From positions 14,040 to 78,039 of the forward strand of contig CAVWAW010000020.1 in the NCBI GenBank assembly GCA_963753035.1: a DNA stretch of 64,000 nucleotides, given 5' to 3'. Positions within the stretch are counted from its first letter, which is position 1. Every line of letters starts with the position of its first letter. The translations under genes and the position numbers were made by a program. The notes under the pieces were generated by a model. It was not told the origin of the DNA, ran no database searches, and saw only the letters and a program-made list of their open reading frames with translations. This stretch comes from an uncultured Acidobacteriota bacterium. GTDB taxonomy: Bacteria > Acidobacteriota > Thermoanaerobaculia > Thermoanaerobaculales > Sulfomarinibacteraceae. This document shows, in pieces, positions 47,803 to 57,550 of this stretch.

Positions 47803-48495
47803 CTATTCGCCCGCTGCCTCGTCGTCCTTGTCCTTGCCGATGAGCTCGGGCTCGGCGCCCTCTTCGATGACGAGGTCCTCGGCGAGTTCGTCCTCTTCCT
47901 CTTCCTCAACGAGTTTGGGCTGCTCAACGAGTACGACGACCCGGTTCGGGTCCTCGAGGAAACTACAGCTCTCGGGGAGCTTCTCCTCGAGATCAGCCAC
48001 GGTGACGACATCGCCGATCTCCATGTCGTCAATATCGATGTCGATATGGTCGAACATGTAACGCGGCAGAACCTCAACCGCGAGCTCGCGCGACTGGAAG
48101 TCGATGCGGCCGCCTTCACGGACACCCACGCTGTCGCCGATGAGTTCGATGCGGATGGTCACGTTGAGCTTGTGGCCGGCCGTGACGCGGATGAAGTCGA
48201 TGTGGACGAATTTGCCCGAGAGCGGATCGACCTGGAGTTCTTTGATCATCGCCTGCCGCTCGTCCGCCGAGCCTTTGAGCCTGAGGAGGAAGATGGTGTT
48301 CTCACCTGTATCCTGCTTGAGGATTTCCCTGACCTCGAGGTCGTCGACAGAAATCGCCACGGACGGCAGGTCGCCGCCGTAAAGCACGGCCGGGACCCGT
48401 CCTTCCGCGCGCAGACGACCCGAGGGACCGGTCCCCCTGTCTTCGCGCTTTTCGACGATCAGAGTGATATCAGCGGTTTGAATTGTCGTTGCCAT
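47803..48495 (-). CDS. rplY: 50S ribosomal protein L25/general stress protein Ctc
   Basis: Start at MATTIQT. RLRAEGRVPAVLYG is followed by the Ctc-type C-terminal extension and an acidic tail. Confidence 0.85.
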   Translation of the reverse strand: MATTIQTADITLIVEKREDRGTGPSGRLRAEGRVPAVLYGGDLPSVAISVDDLEVREILKQDTGENTIFLLRLKGSADERQAMIKELQVDPLSGKFVHIDFIRVTAGHKLNVTIRIELIGDSVGVREGGRIDFQSRELAVEVLPRYMFDHIDIDIDDMEIGDVVTVADLEEKLPESCSFLEDPNRVVVLVEQPKLVEEEEEDELAEDLVIEEGAEPELIGKDKDDEAAGE

Positions 48496-48550
48496 TCTCG
48501 ATGTCTCCTTACACACAGCCCCATCCCTGACGATGGGTCAAGAAATAGGG

Positions 48551-49498
48551 TTAAACAAACAGGCTCGAAACGGACGCTCCCTCGTGGATCCGGCGGATCG
48601 CCTCGCCGAGCAGCACGGCCACCGAAAGCTGCTCGATCTTCGGGCTCTGGGCCGCCTCCTCACTCAGGCTCAATGTATCGGTCACCAAAACCTTCTCGAT
48701 GGTGCTGGAGTTGATGCGTTCAACCGCCGGACCGGACAGGACCGGGTGGACCCCGGCAGCGTAGACCGAGCGGGCACCGCGTTCGGTGAGGGCCTTTGCC
48801 GAACCCACCAGGGTTCCGGCGGTGTCGATGATGTCATCGATGATGACGCAGTCTCGACCTTCCACATCACCGATCACGTTCATGATCTCGGCCTTGTTGG
48901 CCTCAGGTCGACGCTTATCCATGATCGCCAGGTCGCTCTTGAGTCGCTTTGCGAAAGCCCGCGCGCGTTCGACGCCGCCGGCGTCAGGCGAGACCAACAC
49001 GAGTCTCTCGAGGTTTTTACGGCGGATGGCTTCGATCAGGATCGGCGCGGCATACAGGTGATCCACGGGGATGTCGAAGAACCCCTGGATCTGTGCGGCA
49101 TGGAGATCGATGGTCAGCATCCGGCCGGCCCCGGCCGAAGTGATGAGATTGGCCACGAGCTTTGCGGTGATGGGAACACGCGGGGCGTCCTTGCGGTCCT
49201 GGCGCGCATACCCCATGTAGGGCATGACGACGCAGACCCGCGAAGGCGAGGCCCTGCGAAAGGCATCGAGGATGATCAGCAGCTCCATGAGGGACTCGTT
49301 CGCCGGTTGCCCGGTGGGCTGGACGATAAAGACATCGGCGCCCCGAACGTTGTCCTGAATCTGACAGAAGATCTCTCCATCGGAGAAGCTTCCGAGACGC
49401 AGGTGTCCCATCTCGATCTGCAGATAGCCGCAGATCGCCTCCGAAAGCGCCGGGTTAGCGCGACCGGAAAAAACCTGTAAAGGATGTTCTTTGAGCAT
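48551..49498 (-). CDS. prs: Ribose-phosphate pyrophosphokinase
   Basis: VFSGRANPALSEAI..., the YARQDRK loop and the PRPP-binding DCVIIDDIIDTAGT. Confidence 0.95.
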   Translation of the reverse strand: MLKEHPLQVFSGRANPALSEAICGYLQIEMGHLRLGSFSDGEIFCQIQDNVRGADVFIVQPTGQPANESLMELLIILDAFRRASPSRVCVVMPYMGYARQDRKDAPRVPITAKLVANLITSAGAGRMLTIDLHAAQIQGFFDIPVDHLYAAPILIEAIRRKNLERLVLVSPDAGGVERARAFAKRLKSDLAIMDKRRPEANKAEIMNVIGDVEGRDCVIIDDIIDTAGTLVGSAKALTERGARSVYAAGVHPVLSGPAVERINSSTIEKVLVTDTLSLSEEAAQSPKIEQLSVAVLLGEAIRRIHEGASVSSLFV

Positions 49499-49514
49499 CT
49501 TCGTGCCTGCCTCT

Positions 49515-49589
49515 TGGCTGGGGCGGAAGGATTCGAACCTTCGAATGCCGGATCCAAAGACCGGTGGCTTACCACTTGCCGACGCCCCA
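49515..49589 (-). tRNA. tRNA-Gln (anticodon TTG)
   Basis: Minus-strand sequence is TGGGGCGTCGGCAAGTGGTAAGCCACCGGTCTTTGGATCCGGCATTCGAAGGTTCGAATCCTTCCGCCCCAGCCA. It has a 7-bp acceptor stem, a 3-bp D stem, anticodon loop CTTTGGA, a T arm GAAGG/CCTTC with TTCGAAT, and an encoded CCA. It closely resembles E. coli tRNA-Gln. Confidence 0.9.
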
Positions 49590-49664
49590 AGCGTCGCGAA
49601 TTATAGCCGAGCGCACCTTCACCGGGGCAACCGGGCACAACGCCCGGCGCCGACACCGGCTCGA

Positions 49665-50063
49665 TTACTCAGCGTCGATATTCCTCCTGTCGATATCCAC
49701 GGTCCAGAAGTCCTCGCTGAAGAGTTTTGCCGAGAGTCGGTCCAAGACACTCGGCTTGCGGGAACCGCGTTCTTTTTTGTCTTTCTCGTGATTCGGCACC
49801 GCGAGATCGCGAACGGCGTTCACGTACTCCGCGATCACCCGTTCCTCGATGGCTTCCCGTGTTTCCTTGTTGAGGGGGTGGGCGATGTCCCGCATCTGTC
49901 CATTGCGCGCCTTGCGGGCGGGCATGGTCACGAAAAACTGATTTTCGCGACCTTCGATCACGCGCAGATCGTTGACGATGAAACAGTCATCGACCACGAT
50001 GCTCGCGAACGCTCGAATCTTGCCACCCTTGGCCGGGCTGACTCGCACTTCGGTCACTTCCAT
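49665..50063 (-). CDS. spoVG: Septation protein SpoVG
   Basis: MEVTEVRVSPAKGGKIRAFASIVVDDCFIVNDLRVIEG.....FVTMPARK... is the canonical SpoVG N-terminal domain. Confidence 0.9.
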   Translation of the reverse strand: MEVTEVRVSPAKGGKIRAFASIVVDDCFIVNDLRVIEGRENQFFVTMPARKARNGQMRDIAHPLNKETREAIEERVIAEYVNAVRDLAVPNHEKDKKERGSRKPSVLDRLSAKLFSEDFWTVDIDRRNIDAE

Positions 50064-50973
50064 CGCCTACCTCCATCACATCATCTTCAACGACAAGTCC
50101 TGCCGACCGGCGCGGCAGGGTCGAACCCACGTGCACGAACCAGTCCGCAGGCAGCTTGTCGGCGGCCCGACGTGCGGCCACCGGATCGTCGAAAACCGCG
50201 TAACTCGCCGCCCCGGAACCCGACAGAGAAGCGTGCAGCGGACTGCTCGAACGCAGCACCTGCAAGCCCTCGCCGACCTCCGGCCAAGACCTGACCACGA
50301 CCTCTTCGAGTTCGTTGGTCATGGCCCACCAATCCAGTTTCCCCCGCAGGCCAGCCGCGAAGGCGTACAAGTTACCTTTCTGTCGGTGCGAGGTCAACTG
50401 CTCATCATAGGAACGGTAGGCCTCCACCGTCGAAATAGACACCTTTGGGGCCACCACAACCGTTGCCAGTTCGGCCAGATCGGGAAGCGGGAAGACCTCG
50501 TCTCCGCGACCGATACCGAGGGCCAGACCACCGTGGAGGAAGAACGGAACATCGCTGCCGAGTGTTGCGGCGAGCCGGTGAAGACCCTGGCCATCGAGGT
50601 TGCAGCCCCACAGCCGATCAAGCAGCACGAGCGCTGCCGCAGCATTGGCCGACCCGCCGCCGAGCCCGCCGCCAACCGGGATGTTCTTGCTCAGAACCAA
50701 TCTGGTTCCGGTCGAAACGCTCGTCTCCTCGGCAAGCAGTCGCGCCGCCCGGAGCACGAGGTTGGTTTCACCGGATGCAACGGCGCCCTTCGGATCCACC
50801 TCGAGGGCCATCTCGCCGGGCGGAGCCTCCTCCGCAATGAGGCGGTCGAACAGGTCGATACTTTGAAAAAGGGTTCGGAGCTCGTGGAAACCGTCACGAC
50901 GTTGTCCCAGTATCTCGAGATGGAGATTGATCTTTGCCGGAACCGAGATCGAGAGCCGGTTTGCTCTCATCAT
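49987..50973 (-). CDS. ispE: 4-diphosphocytidyl-2-C-methyl-D-erythritol kinase
   Basis: Start ATG 50973 overlaps the upstream stop (ATGA). Motifs PAKINLHLEILGQRRDGFHEL and the GHMP motif NIPVGGGLGGGSANAAA. The ORF has no stop until 49987, so its last ~25 codons overlap spoVG by 77 nt (possible missed stop or indel). Confidence 0.85.
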   Translation of the reverse strand: MMRANRLSISVPAKINLHLEILGQRRDGFHELRTLFQSIDLFDRLIAEEAPPGEMALEVDPKGAVASGETNLVLRAARLLAEETSVSTGTRLVLSKNIPVGGGLGGGSANAAAALVLLDRLWGCNLDGQGLHRLAATLGSDVPFFLHGGLALGIGRGDEVFPLPDLAELATVVVAPKVSISTVEAYRSYDEQLTSHRQKGNLYAFAAGLRGKLDWWAMTNELEEVVVRSWPEVGEGLQVLRSSSPLHASLSGSGAASYAVFDDPVAARRAADKLPADWFVHVGSTLPRRSAGLVVEDDVMEVGDGSDRSASQPGQGWQDSSVREHRGR

Positions 50974-51719
50974 CGGCCACAGGGCGGGAAGTTGTCCGGC
51001 AGATCGGGCAGCGTCGCACCGGTGGGCCACTCCAACCTCTTCAGCACGAGTTCGGCCCACCGCCCATCGGGATTCTCGATTCTGATCGTACCGGGGACGG
51101 AACTCGCATGTGATCCGAGTTCGAGGTGCCAGCCATTCCCCCGGTCATCCTGATTCACCCAGACGTCCACGACCCGCCACGGATCCGAAACCAGACGGAC
51201 CGTGGCCACGAACTCGTCCTCGACGACCTCGACCGCGCCGTCCCCGTCGGGCCGCACCTCGCCGCCGCCGGTCGTCGGGAGCCGGCCCCCGAGAAGCCGA
51301 GCTGCGGGTTCCAACGGCAGGGCTCCGACACCGAGAATGTCCTCGAGGTCGTCGACCTCACGTCGGCAGCCCTTCTCCATGTCAAAGAAAACCGTTGGTG
51401 AGTCCGCTTCCCATGCCGTCAACGAAACCGCCGAGCCGAACGGTTCAGAGATCGTGAGCCGGCCGGCCCGCCCGGCGGTGACCATGGACAACCGCAGCCC
51501 GCCCGAGCGCGCGACCCTGAGATCATAAAGCGCCGCCATATCACCCACCGTGGGCCGATCGAGGCGCTCGATCGCCTCGATCAACTGTGGAGAATCGGCG
51601 CCGCTCGAACTCGCGCCCGTGCTTGAACAACCGACCGCGCCCAGGATCAAAATCAGCGGGGCGACAGCCCCGAACGCACGCCGGCGGCAGCTACGGCAGC
51701 GGCGCATCGTCGAGACCAT
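50970..51719 (-). CDS. LolB-like outer-membrane lipoprotein (positional and weak sequence call)
   Basis: Lipobox ILGAVGCSS and ~220-aa beta-rich body. It sits directly upstream of ispE-prs, as lolB does in Proteobacteria. Confidence 0.4.
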   Translation of the reverse strand: MVSTMRRCRSCRRRAFGAVAPLILILGAVGCSSTGASSSGADSPQLIEAIERLDRPTVGDMAALYDLRVARSGGLRLSMVTAGRAGRLTISEPFGSAVSLTAWEADSPTVFFDMEKGCRREVDDLEDILGVGALPLEPAARLLGGRLPTTGGGEVRPDGDGAVEVVEDEFVATVRLVSDPWRVVDVWVNQDDRGNGWHLELGSHASSVPGTIRIENPDGRWAELVLKRLEWPTGATLPDLPDNFPPCGR

Positions 51720-53613
51720 CGAGCAGCGATTTCACGTGCTCGGGGCTTTCGCAGCCCAGACTCAGCGCGAGCTGGAGGTACCGGCTCCCCTCCTCGATGT
51801 CTCCGTTCGCCAACAACACCTCGCCGAGATGGGCGAGCAGCGTGCCGTCGCCGTCGTTGAACTCGATGGCCCGACGGAGCCAGAACTCGGCCTCTTCCGT
51901 CGACCCGAGCCGGTAGTGGACCCAGCCCAGGGAGTCGAGATACGCGGGGTTCTCGGGATCGAGCTCCACGGCCCGATTGATCAGTTCGAGGGCCTCGGGA
52001 AGACGAACCTCGCGGTCCGCCCAGAGATACCCGAGGTAATTGGCTGCATTGGCGTCGCCCGGATCGGCCTCGAGGATCGCGAGAAAGACCACTTCCGCCT
52101 CGTCGAAGCGCTGAAGGCGCTCGAGCGACGCAGCCTGGACAAAGAGAACGTCGCGATTGTCGGGGAACCGCTCGCGCGCCGCGAGGGCTTCACGTTGGGC
52201 GTCCGACCATCTCTCCGCCGTCTGGAGCACCTGCAATCCGATCAGGACCGAAGTGGGGTCGTCACTGTCGAGAAGCGGACGCAGCCGTTGCCAGGCGCGC
52301 GGATCGGCGGAACGGATCCTGAACTCCGCTTCGACGGCCTGCGCGGCCAAAAGAGGGAGGTCCTTGAGCCGTGGCTGGAGGCGCATCAAGGCGCCGATCC
52401 CGCCGCTCCAGTCTTCCTCCTGCCGGAAAGACTCGCCAAGCAGCCGCACGTACTCCTCCCCAACTTCCTCCGGGTCGGCAATCCGCGCCAACCACTCCCG
52501 CGCGACGAGAGAGTTTCCCGCCACGAGTTCAATCCTGGCGCCGGTGACGGCACACCGGACAGCATCGGCGGACGCAGCGACAGCGGCGACCGGCTCCCAT
52601 GCGCGATCGAGCCAACGACGGGCCTCGTCGAGGTCATCCATTCTCGACAAGGCCCATGCCAAGGACAACTTGTAGTCGATCTCGGTCGGGTTCTTCTTGA
52701 GCAGGGATTTGAACTCGCGTACGGCTTCCGGGTATCGACCGGTGGCAGAAAGAAGATGGGCCCTGAGGGCGCGCCCTCGTTGGGAATCGGACACCTGTCG
52801 GAGAACCCGATTGACGACCTCGAGGGCTTCTGAAGGCCGGTTGTCGTCCCACAGGAGATACGCGACCCGCATCAGCTGATCGAGATCGTCATCGTCGAGT
52901 GACGGCAACAATAGATCGGCGGCGTCACCGGGTCGGTCGAGTTCGATCAAGAGATCCACGGCGCTGTCACGGCACTGATCTACCGTCATCGGACTGGTCG
53001 CACACACGGCAAAGAGCTCCGCAGCCTCCTCCCGACGGTCGAGTTGGAGCAGCAGGGTTGCATGGTACGAAATGAGCTGCGGTGATCCAGGACGGTTCTT
53101 GCGCAATGCCGCAATGGCCGCCTCGGCTTCCTCGATGCGATTCATCCGATGAAGAAGTTGACCAAGGGCCAGCAGCAGGTTCGGATCGTCGTCACGTTCG
53201 TCGAGCACGTCTTCGAGGGCCACCCTCGCATCTTCCATCCGGTCCGGTTTCTGGACCGAGTACTGGGAGAGGGCCGACGCGTAGACTCTGCGACCGTGCC
53301 AGTCGAGGTCGTCGACACCCTCGAGGAGGGCCACCGCACGATCCGCCATTCCGAGCCGGAAGAGCAGATTGGCAAAACCGATCCGCACCTCGACCACCGA
53401 AGGATCGTCACGAAGGGCACGATCATAGGCCTCGAGGGCCTCCCGAAAGCGCTCTTCGCTCTCGAGCAGCCGGGCTTCGAGAAATGCGACCAACCCGTCT
53501 GGCAGTGCATTATCCTGCGGGTCACCCACTCCTTGTTGGGCCCGCAGCGGTCCCGCCAGGACCACCAGGACCATGAACGCGATTGTGGTTGCCATTGCAA
53601 AACGTCGAGTCAT
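51691..53613 (-). CDS. Secreted TPR-repeat protein
   Basis: Start taken at MTRRFAMATTIAFMVLVVLAGPLRA. It contains more than 12 TPR-like units (e.g. EEAEFWLRRAIEFNDGDGTLLAHLGEVLLANGDIEEG). Confidence 0.7.
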   Translation of the reverse strand: MTRRFAMATTIAFMVLVVLAGPLRAQQGVGDPQDNALPDGLVAFLEARLLESEERFREALEAYDRALRDDPSVVEVRIGFANLLFRLGMADRAVALLEGVDDLDWHGRRVYASALSQYSVQKPDRMEDARVALEDVLDERDDDPNLLLALGQLLHRMNRIEEAEAAIAALRKNRPGSPQLISYHATLLLQLDRREEAAELFAVCATSPMTVDQCRDSAVDLLIELDRPGDAADLLLPSLDDDDLDQLMRVAYLLWDDNRPSEALEVVNRVLRQVSDSQRGRALRAHLLSATGRYPEAVREFKSLLKKNPTEIDYKLSLAWALSRMDDLDEARRWLDRAWEPVAAVAASADAVRCAVTGARIELVAGNSLVAREWLARIADPEEVGEEYVRLLGESFRQEEDWSGGIGALMRLQPRLKDLPLLAAQAVEAEFRIRSADPRAWQRLRPLLDSDDPTSVLIGLQVLQTAERWSDAQREALAARERFPDNRDVLFVQAASLERLQRFDEAEVVFLAILEADPGDANAANYLGYLWADREVRLPEALELINRAVELDPENPAYLDSLGWVHYRLGSTEEAEFWLRRAIEFNDGDGTLLAHLGEVLLANGDIEEGSRYLQLALSLGCESPEHVKSLLDGLDDAPLP

Positions 53614-53784
53614 ACGAGGTTCTTTTGCTCCATCCGCTCTATAGAAGCGTTCTTTGCCGCCGGTTCTTCCCGCAAACGCAGACGAGTTTACCTGGGATGC
53701 CCGACCGAACAAGTCTCAGATTGCGGCGGGCCGGGACCACCATGGCGCCGGCTCGCCCGAATTTGGGTGCTACACTTACGCGCT

Positions 53785-55170
53785 ATGACTGACGCTACGG
53801 CTTCCGACCCGCTTTTTTCCGATCTGACTTTTTCCGACGTCGACCTTCCCGAGGAACTCATCGAGGCGGTCAACGATCTCGGTTTCGAGCGACTCACCCG
53901 AGTGCAGGCTGAGGTACTTCCACTCTCCCTCGAAGGGCGCGACATCGTCGCTCAGGCTCAGACCGGATCGGGAAAGACCGCGGCCTATCTCCTGACACTC
54001 TTCAGCAGGATGATGCGGCAGGAGCGAAAATCGGAAATCCAGAATCCCCGCGGATTGATCATCGCCCCGACCCGCGAACTTGCAGTCCAGATCGCCTCGG
54101 ACGCCGAAAAGCTCTCGACCCACATACCCTTCAGCGTTCATGTGGTCTTTGGGGGCATCGACTACAAGAAGCAACAGAACCGGTTCGCCAACGGGGTCGA
54201 TCTGCTCATCGGGACGCCTGGACGCCTCATCGACTACCACCGCAAGGGGGCCTACTCGCTGCGCGACACCGAAATGGTCGTTGTCGACGAGTGTGACCGG
54301 CTCTTCGACATGGGCTTCGCCGAAGACCTCAGGTGGCTGCTCCATCGCCTCCCCTACACCGACAAACGCCAGTCCCTCATGTTCACTGCCACCCTTTCGC
54401 GGCGGGTCATGCAGCTCGGCTGGCGTGAGATGTCGAACCCCGCAGAGATCGTCATCAATCGCGAGCAGCTCACCCCCGAGACGGTGCACCAGGAGCTGTA
54501 TCACGTCGCGTCCCATGAGAAGCTCTCCCTCCTCCTCGGTCTGCTCAAACGAGAGGGCGGGGAACGGATCATGATTTTCCTCAACACCAAGCACGCCGCT
54601 CGGCGCTTGGTCGAGGACCTACGCCGGCACGGCTACATCGCCCGCGGTCTCACCGGAGACGTCATGCAGACCAAACGGCTCAAGGTGTTGGACGACTTCC
54701 GGGACGGCAATCTGCCGATTCTCGTCGCCACCGATGTCGCGAGCCGTGGGTTGCACATCGACGGCGTCACCCACGTCATCAACTTCGATCTGCCGCAGGA
54801 CGCCGAGGACTACGTCCACCGGATCGGCCGAACCGCCCGGGTTGGCGCCGAGGGCAAGGCCTTCACGCTCGCCTGCGACGACTATGTCTACTCCCTCGAT
54901 GCGGTCCACAAATACGTCGGTTACGAAATCCCCGTGTGCTTCGCACCCGAGGAACTCTTCGCGGAGGTCATCCCGTTCCGGCATAAACCGAAGCCGAGGC
55001 CCCAACGCGAAACCCGACGACCGCCGGCAAGAAGGCCCGCTGGCCGGCAGGCAAGCCCGCAGCAAGAAAATCGCCCGGATTCGAGTGACGACCAACCGAA
55101 AAAGAAGCGCAGGCGTCCCAGGCGGCGGAAGAAACCCGCCGAAGGCAGCGGGTCGCAGGGCGAATCGTAG
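53785..55170 (+). CDS. DEAD-box ATP-dependent RNA helicase (RhlB/RhlE-like) with basic C-terminal tail
   Basis: Q-motif region, AQTGSGKT, PTRELA, DECD (motif II variant), TAT (FTATLS), HRIGRTAR, and an Arg/Lys-rich tail. Confidence 0.9.
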   Translation: MTDATASDPLFSDLTFSDVDLPEELIEAVNDLGFERLTRVQAEVLPLSLEGRDIVAQAQTGSGKTAAYLLTLFSRMMRQERKSEIQNPRGLIIAPTRELAVQIASDAEKLSTHIPFSVHVVFGGIDYKKQQNRFANGVDLLIGTPGRLIDYHRKGAYSLRDTEMVVVDECDRLFDMGFAEDLRWLLHRLPYTDKRQSLMFTATLSRRVMQLGWREMSNPAEIVINREQLTPETVHQELYHVASHEKLSLLLGLLKREGGERIMIFLNTKHAARRLVEDLRRHGYIARGLTGDVMQTKRLKVLDDFRDGNLPILVATDVASRGLHIDGVTHVINFDLPQDAEDYVHRIGRTARVGAEGKAFTLACDDYVYSLDAVHKYVGYEIPVCFAPEELFAEVIPFRHKPKPRPQRETRRPPARRPAGRQASPQQENRPDSSDDQPKKKRRRPRRRKKPAEGSGSQGES

Positions 55171-55244
55171 TCGACATCCTGCGTCTGTTGGTCGACCGCC
55201 ACACAAGGGCAACCCGCGCCCAACGTTGATTCACGTGCTCTCCC

Positions 55245-55418
55245 GAGACAATGAAACCGCCAAGTCGCGAAGGACGCCAAGGCCCCGCAAAGCAACTCAT
55301 CTGACCTGGGCTCCTTCCGACCACCAACGCAACCGCTTTCATTGCAGCGTGCGATGAGTCAAAGGGATGGCTTTGCGGGATCTTTGCGCACGTTGCGTCT
55401 TGGCGGTTTCATTGTGCG
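55245..55418. repeat. ~170-bp TIR element, copy 3 of 3
   Basis: Starts gagacaatgaaaccgccaagtcgc and ends ...ttgcgtcttggcggtttcattgtgcg. The two ends are nearly perfect reverse complements. Confidence 0.75.
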
Positions 55419-55454
55419 ATCCAAAACGGAACGACGCCAAAAAACTCGGCTAAA

Positions 55455-56573
55455 GTGGTCTTGATGCAGCTACCCAGAACATCCGTCGTTGTCGCCCTCG
55501 CCATACTCACCGCCGGCCTCTGCTCGGCCAAGACGAGCCCGCCGACCGGTGTCCTCGCGGCGTCGGTGGGAGACTCGGTAGTCCTGGTCGAACCCACCAG
55601 CGGGCGGGCGGTTACGCTTGAAACCGGTCCCATCGGGTGGCTCTTCCCCGCCCCCGGGGGGATTCTCTTTGCCCCGGATGTCATCAACGCACGAACCTCG
55701 GTGATCAGTTTGCTCGCACTCGCGGTCGTCGACCGCCTCGACGGCCTCACCATGCCGTACTTCAGCGCCAACCCCGACCGCTACACCGCCATCACGGACG
55801 AAGTCGTCATGCTGAGCTACCCCGACCGCGCCGTCATCAAAACCATCAGGGCAAAGATCGCCCACCCGTGGCAGGTCATCATGGCACCTGACGGGGCGGC
55901 CATGATGATCCTCGAACGGCTGCCGGACGGGAGCACCGGGGTGCACATGACCACCGTCAACCTCATTACGAGCCAGGTGGTCTACCGACGGCCCTTGACC
56001 GGCGACATCCGCCACTTCGCGCTGTCGCCTCAACTCGGTGTCCTGGCTCTGGCCGACGCCGATACCAATCAGGTTCACCTCGTCGAGCCCGCAACCCTGA
56101 CACCCATTGCCGTCCGGGCCACCGCGGGCACGCCCATCGACGTCGCCTTTGCCCATGAGGGGAAAGTCATGGCGACCGCCATCGCCACCGTCGACGGCGT
56201 CGGCATCCTCGATCTCGCAGTCTTCAAGACCGGGAAAAAGGGCATGAAAATCGATAAAGAGTTCTCGATCCCCCTCGACGCGAGTCCGGTCCGGCTTGCC
56301 GCCTCGCCGGGCGGAACCTATGTCGCCGTCGCCCTCGAGGGCGGTTCGGTCGCCATCGTCGATGTCGGGGGCAGGGAGATCATCGGCAGCGGGACGCTCC
56401 CCGGAACGCCGCGCGATCTCCGCTGGTGCGACCCCACACGCGAAGGACCCATGATCGCCAACTGGACCGACGGCGAGACCCCAACGGAATTCGGGAGCTT
56501 TGTCCCCAAGGTCAGGGACGAAGGAGAATTGAGCGGTCTCGGCGAGCCGGTGCGGGAAAAAAAGCCGGACTGA
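55455..56573 (+). CDS. Secreted beta-propeller-like repeat protein (YncE/YVTN-like), function unknown
   Basis: Signal peptide, then repeated ~40-aa units of the type ...P..VAxSPDG..xxV.... (IMAPDGAAMMIL, FALSPQLGVLALAD, LAASPGGTYVAVAL). Confidence 0.4.
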   Translation: MVLMQLPRTSVVVALAILTAGLCSAKTSPPTGVLAASVGDSVVLVEPTSGRAVTLETGPIGWLFPAPGGILFAPDVINARTSVISLLALAVVDRLDGLTMPYFSANPDRYTAITDEVVMLSYPDRAVIKTIRAKIAHPWQVIMAPDGAAMMILERLPDGSTGVHMTTVNLITSQVVYRRPLTGDIRHFALSPQLGVLALADADTNQVHLVEPATLTPIAVRATAGTPIDVAFAHEGKVMATAIATVDGVGILDLAVFKTGKKGMKIDKEFSIPLDASPVRLAASPGGTYVAVALEGGSVAIVDVGGREIIGSGTLPGTPRDLRWCDPTREGPMIANWTDGETPTEFGSFVPKVRDEGELSGLGEPVREKKPD

Positions 56574-57550
56574 TGAGGGATTGGGCCCTGGAGGAGGGAT
56601 TCGATCTGATCGGGATCGCCGCAGCAGCGCCGGCCCGGACCGCACCACACCTCCAGACTTGGCTCGGCCGCGAGATGCACGCTCAGATGGGCTATATGGC
56701 CTCAACCGCGGTCCAACGGTCGCACCCCGAGCAGCTTCTGGAAAACTGTCAGTCGGTGATCGTGGTGGCCATGAGCTACCACGGCTCGCAATCGGATTCC
56801 GACGCCCTCCCCACGGATGAACGAGTGTGGATCTCGAGGTACGCATGGGGGCGCGACTATCACCGACTGATGAAGAAGCGCCTGGTTCGGCTGGGACGCC
56901 GTCTCGAAGACCACCACCCCGGCTGCTCGTGGCGGGCCGTGGTCGATACTGCGCCCCTGCTCGAACGCGAGTGGGCGGCCCGCGCGGGTCTCGGTTGGAT
57001 CGGCAAGAACACCATGCTCCTCAACCGCCGACTGGGCTCGGAGCTTTTTCTCGGTGCACTCCTCACCGATATCGAATTCGCGCCCGATGAACCAGTCACC
57101 GACCACTGCGGCAAGTGCACGGCGTGTCTCGACGCCTGCCCGACCGATGCCTTCTTGGAGCCCTATGTCCTGGACGCTCGACGTTGTATCGGATACCTCA
57201 CGGTGGAGCACCGCGGGGAGATTCCGGCCGAGTTCGCCCCCGCCATGGGCGACATGGTGGCCGGTTGCGATCGCTGCAACGAGGTCTGCCCGTGGACCAG
57301 AAGGGCGCCGGCGGATCTCCACCCCGAGTTCGCCCCGGCGCCGCACCGCTTCCGCCCCCTCTCTCCGAACTCGAAGCGCTCGATGAGGATGGATGGAAGC
57401 TCTGGCGGCAGGGCAGCGCCCTCGGCCGGATCCCGTTCAAACAGCTTCAAGCGAAGCTTGGCGGTAGCCAGGGCCAATCTAGATGGTAAGAAAAGGAATC
57501 AACGCAGAGGCGCAGAGACGCAGAGGCGCAGAGACATCGCAGACGAGTAG
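56573..57550 (+). CDS. queG: Epoxyqueuosine reductase (with a compensated double frame shift near the 3' end)
   Basis: The ATG overlaps the upstream TGA. Motifs: ISRYAWGRDYH, GLGWIGKNTMLLN, CGKCTACLDACPT, CDRCNEVCPW. The C-terminal QueG-like sequence PLSELEALDEDGWKLWRQGSALGRIPFKQL lies in another frame (~57361-57447). Confidence 0.85.
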   Translation: MRDWALEEGFDLIGIAAAAPARTAPHLQTWLGREMHAQMGYMASTAVQRSHPEQLLENCQSVIVVAMSYHGSQSDSDALPTDERVWISRYAWGRDYHRLMKKRLVRLGRRLEDHHPGCSWRAVVDTAPLLEREWAARAGLGWIGKNTMLLNRRLGSELFLGALLTDIEFAPDEPVTDHCGKCTACLDACPTDAFLEPYVLDARRCIGYLTVEHRGEIPAEFAPAMGDMVAGCDRCNEVCPWTRRAPADLHPEFAPAPHRFRPLSPNSKRSMRMDGSSGGRAAPSAGSRSNSFKRSLAVARANLDGKKRNQRRGAETQRRRDIADE

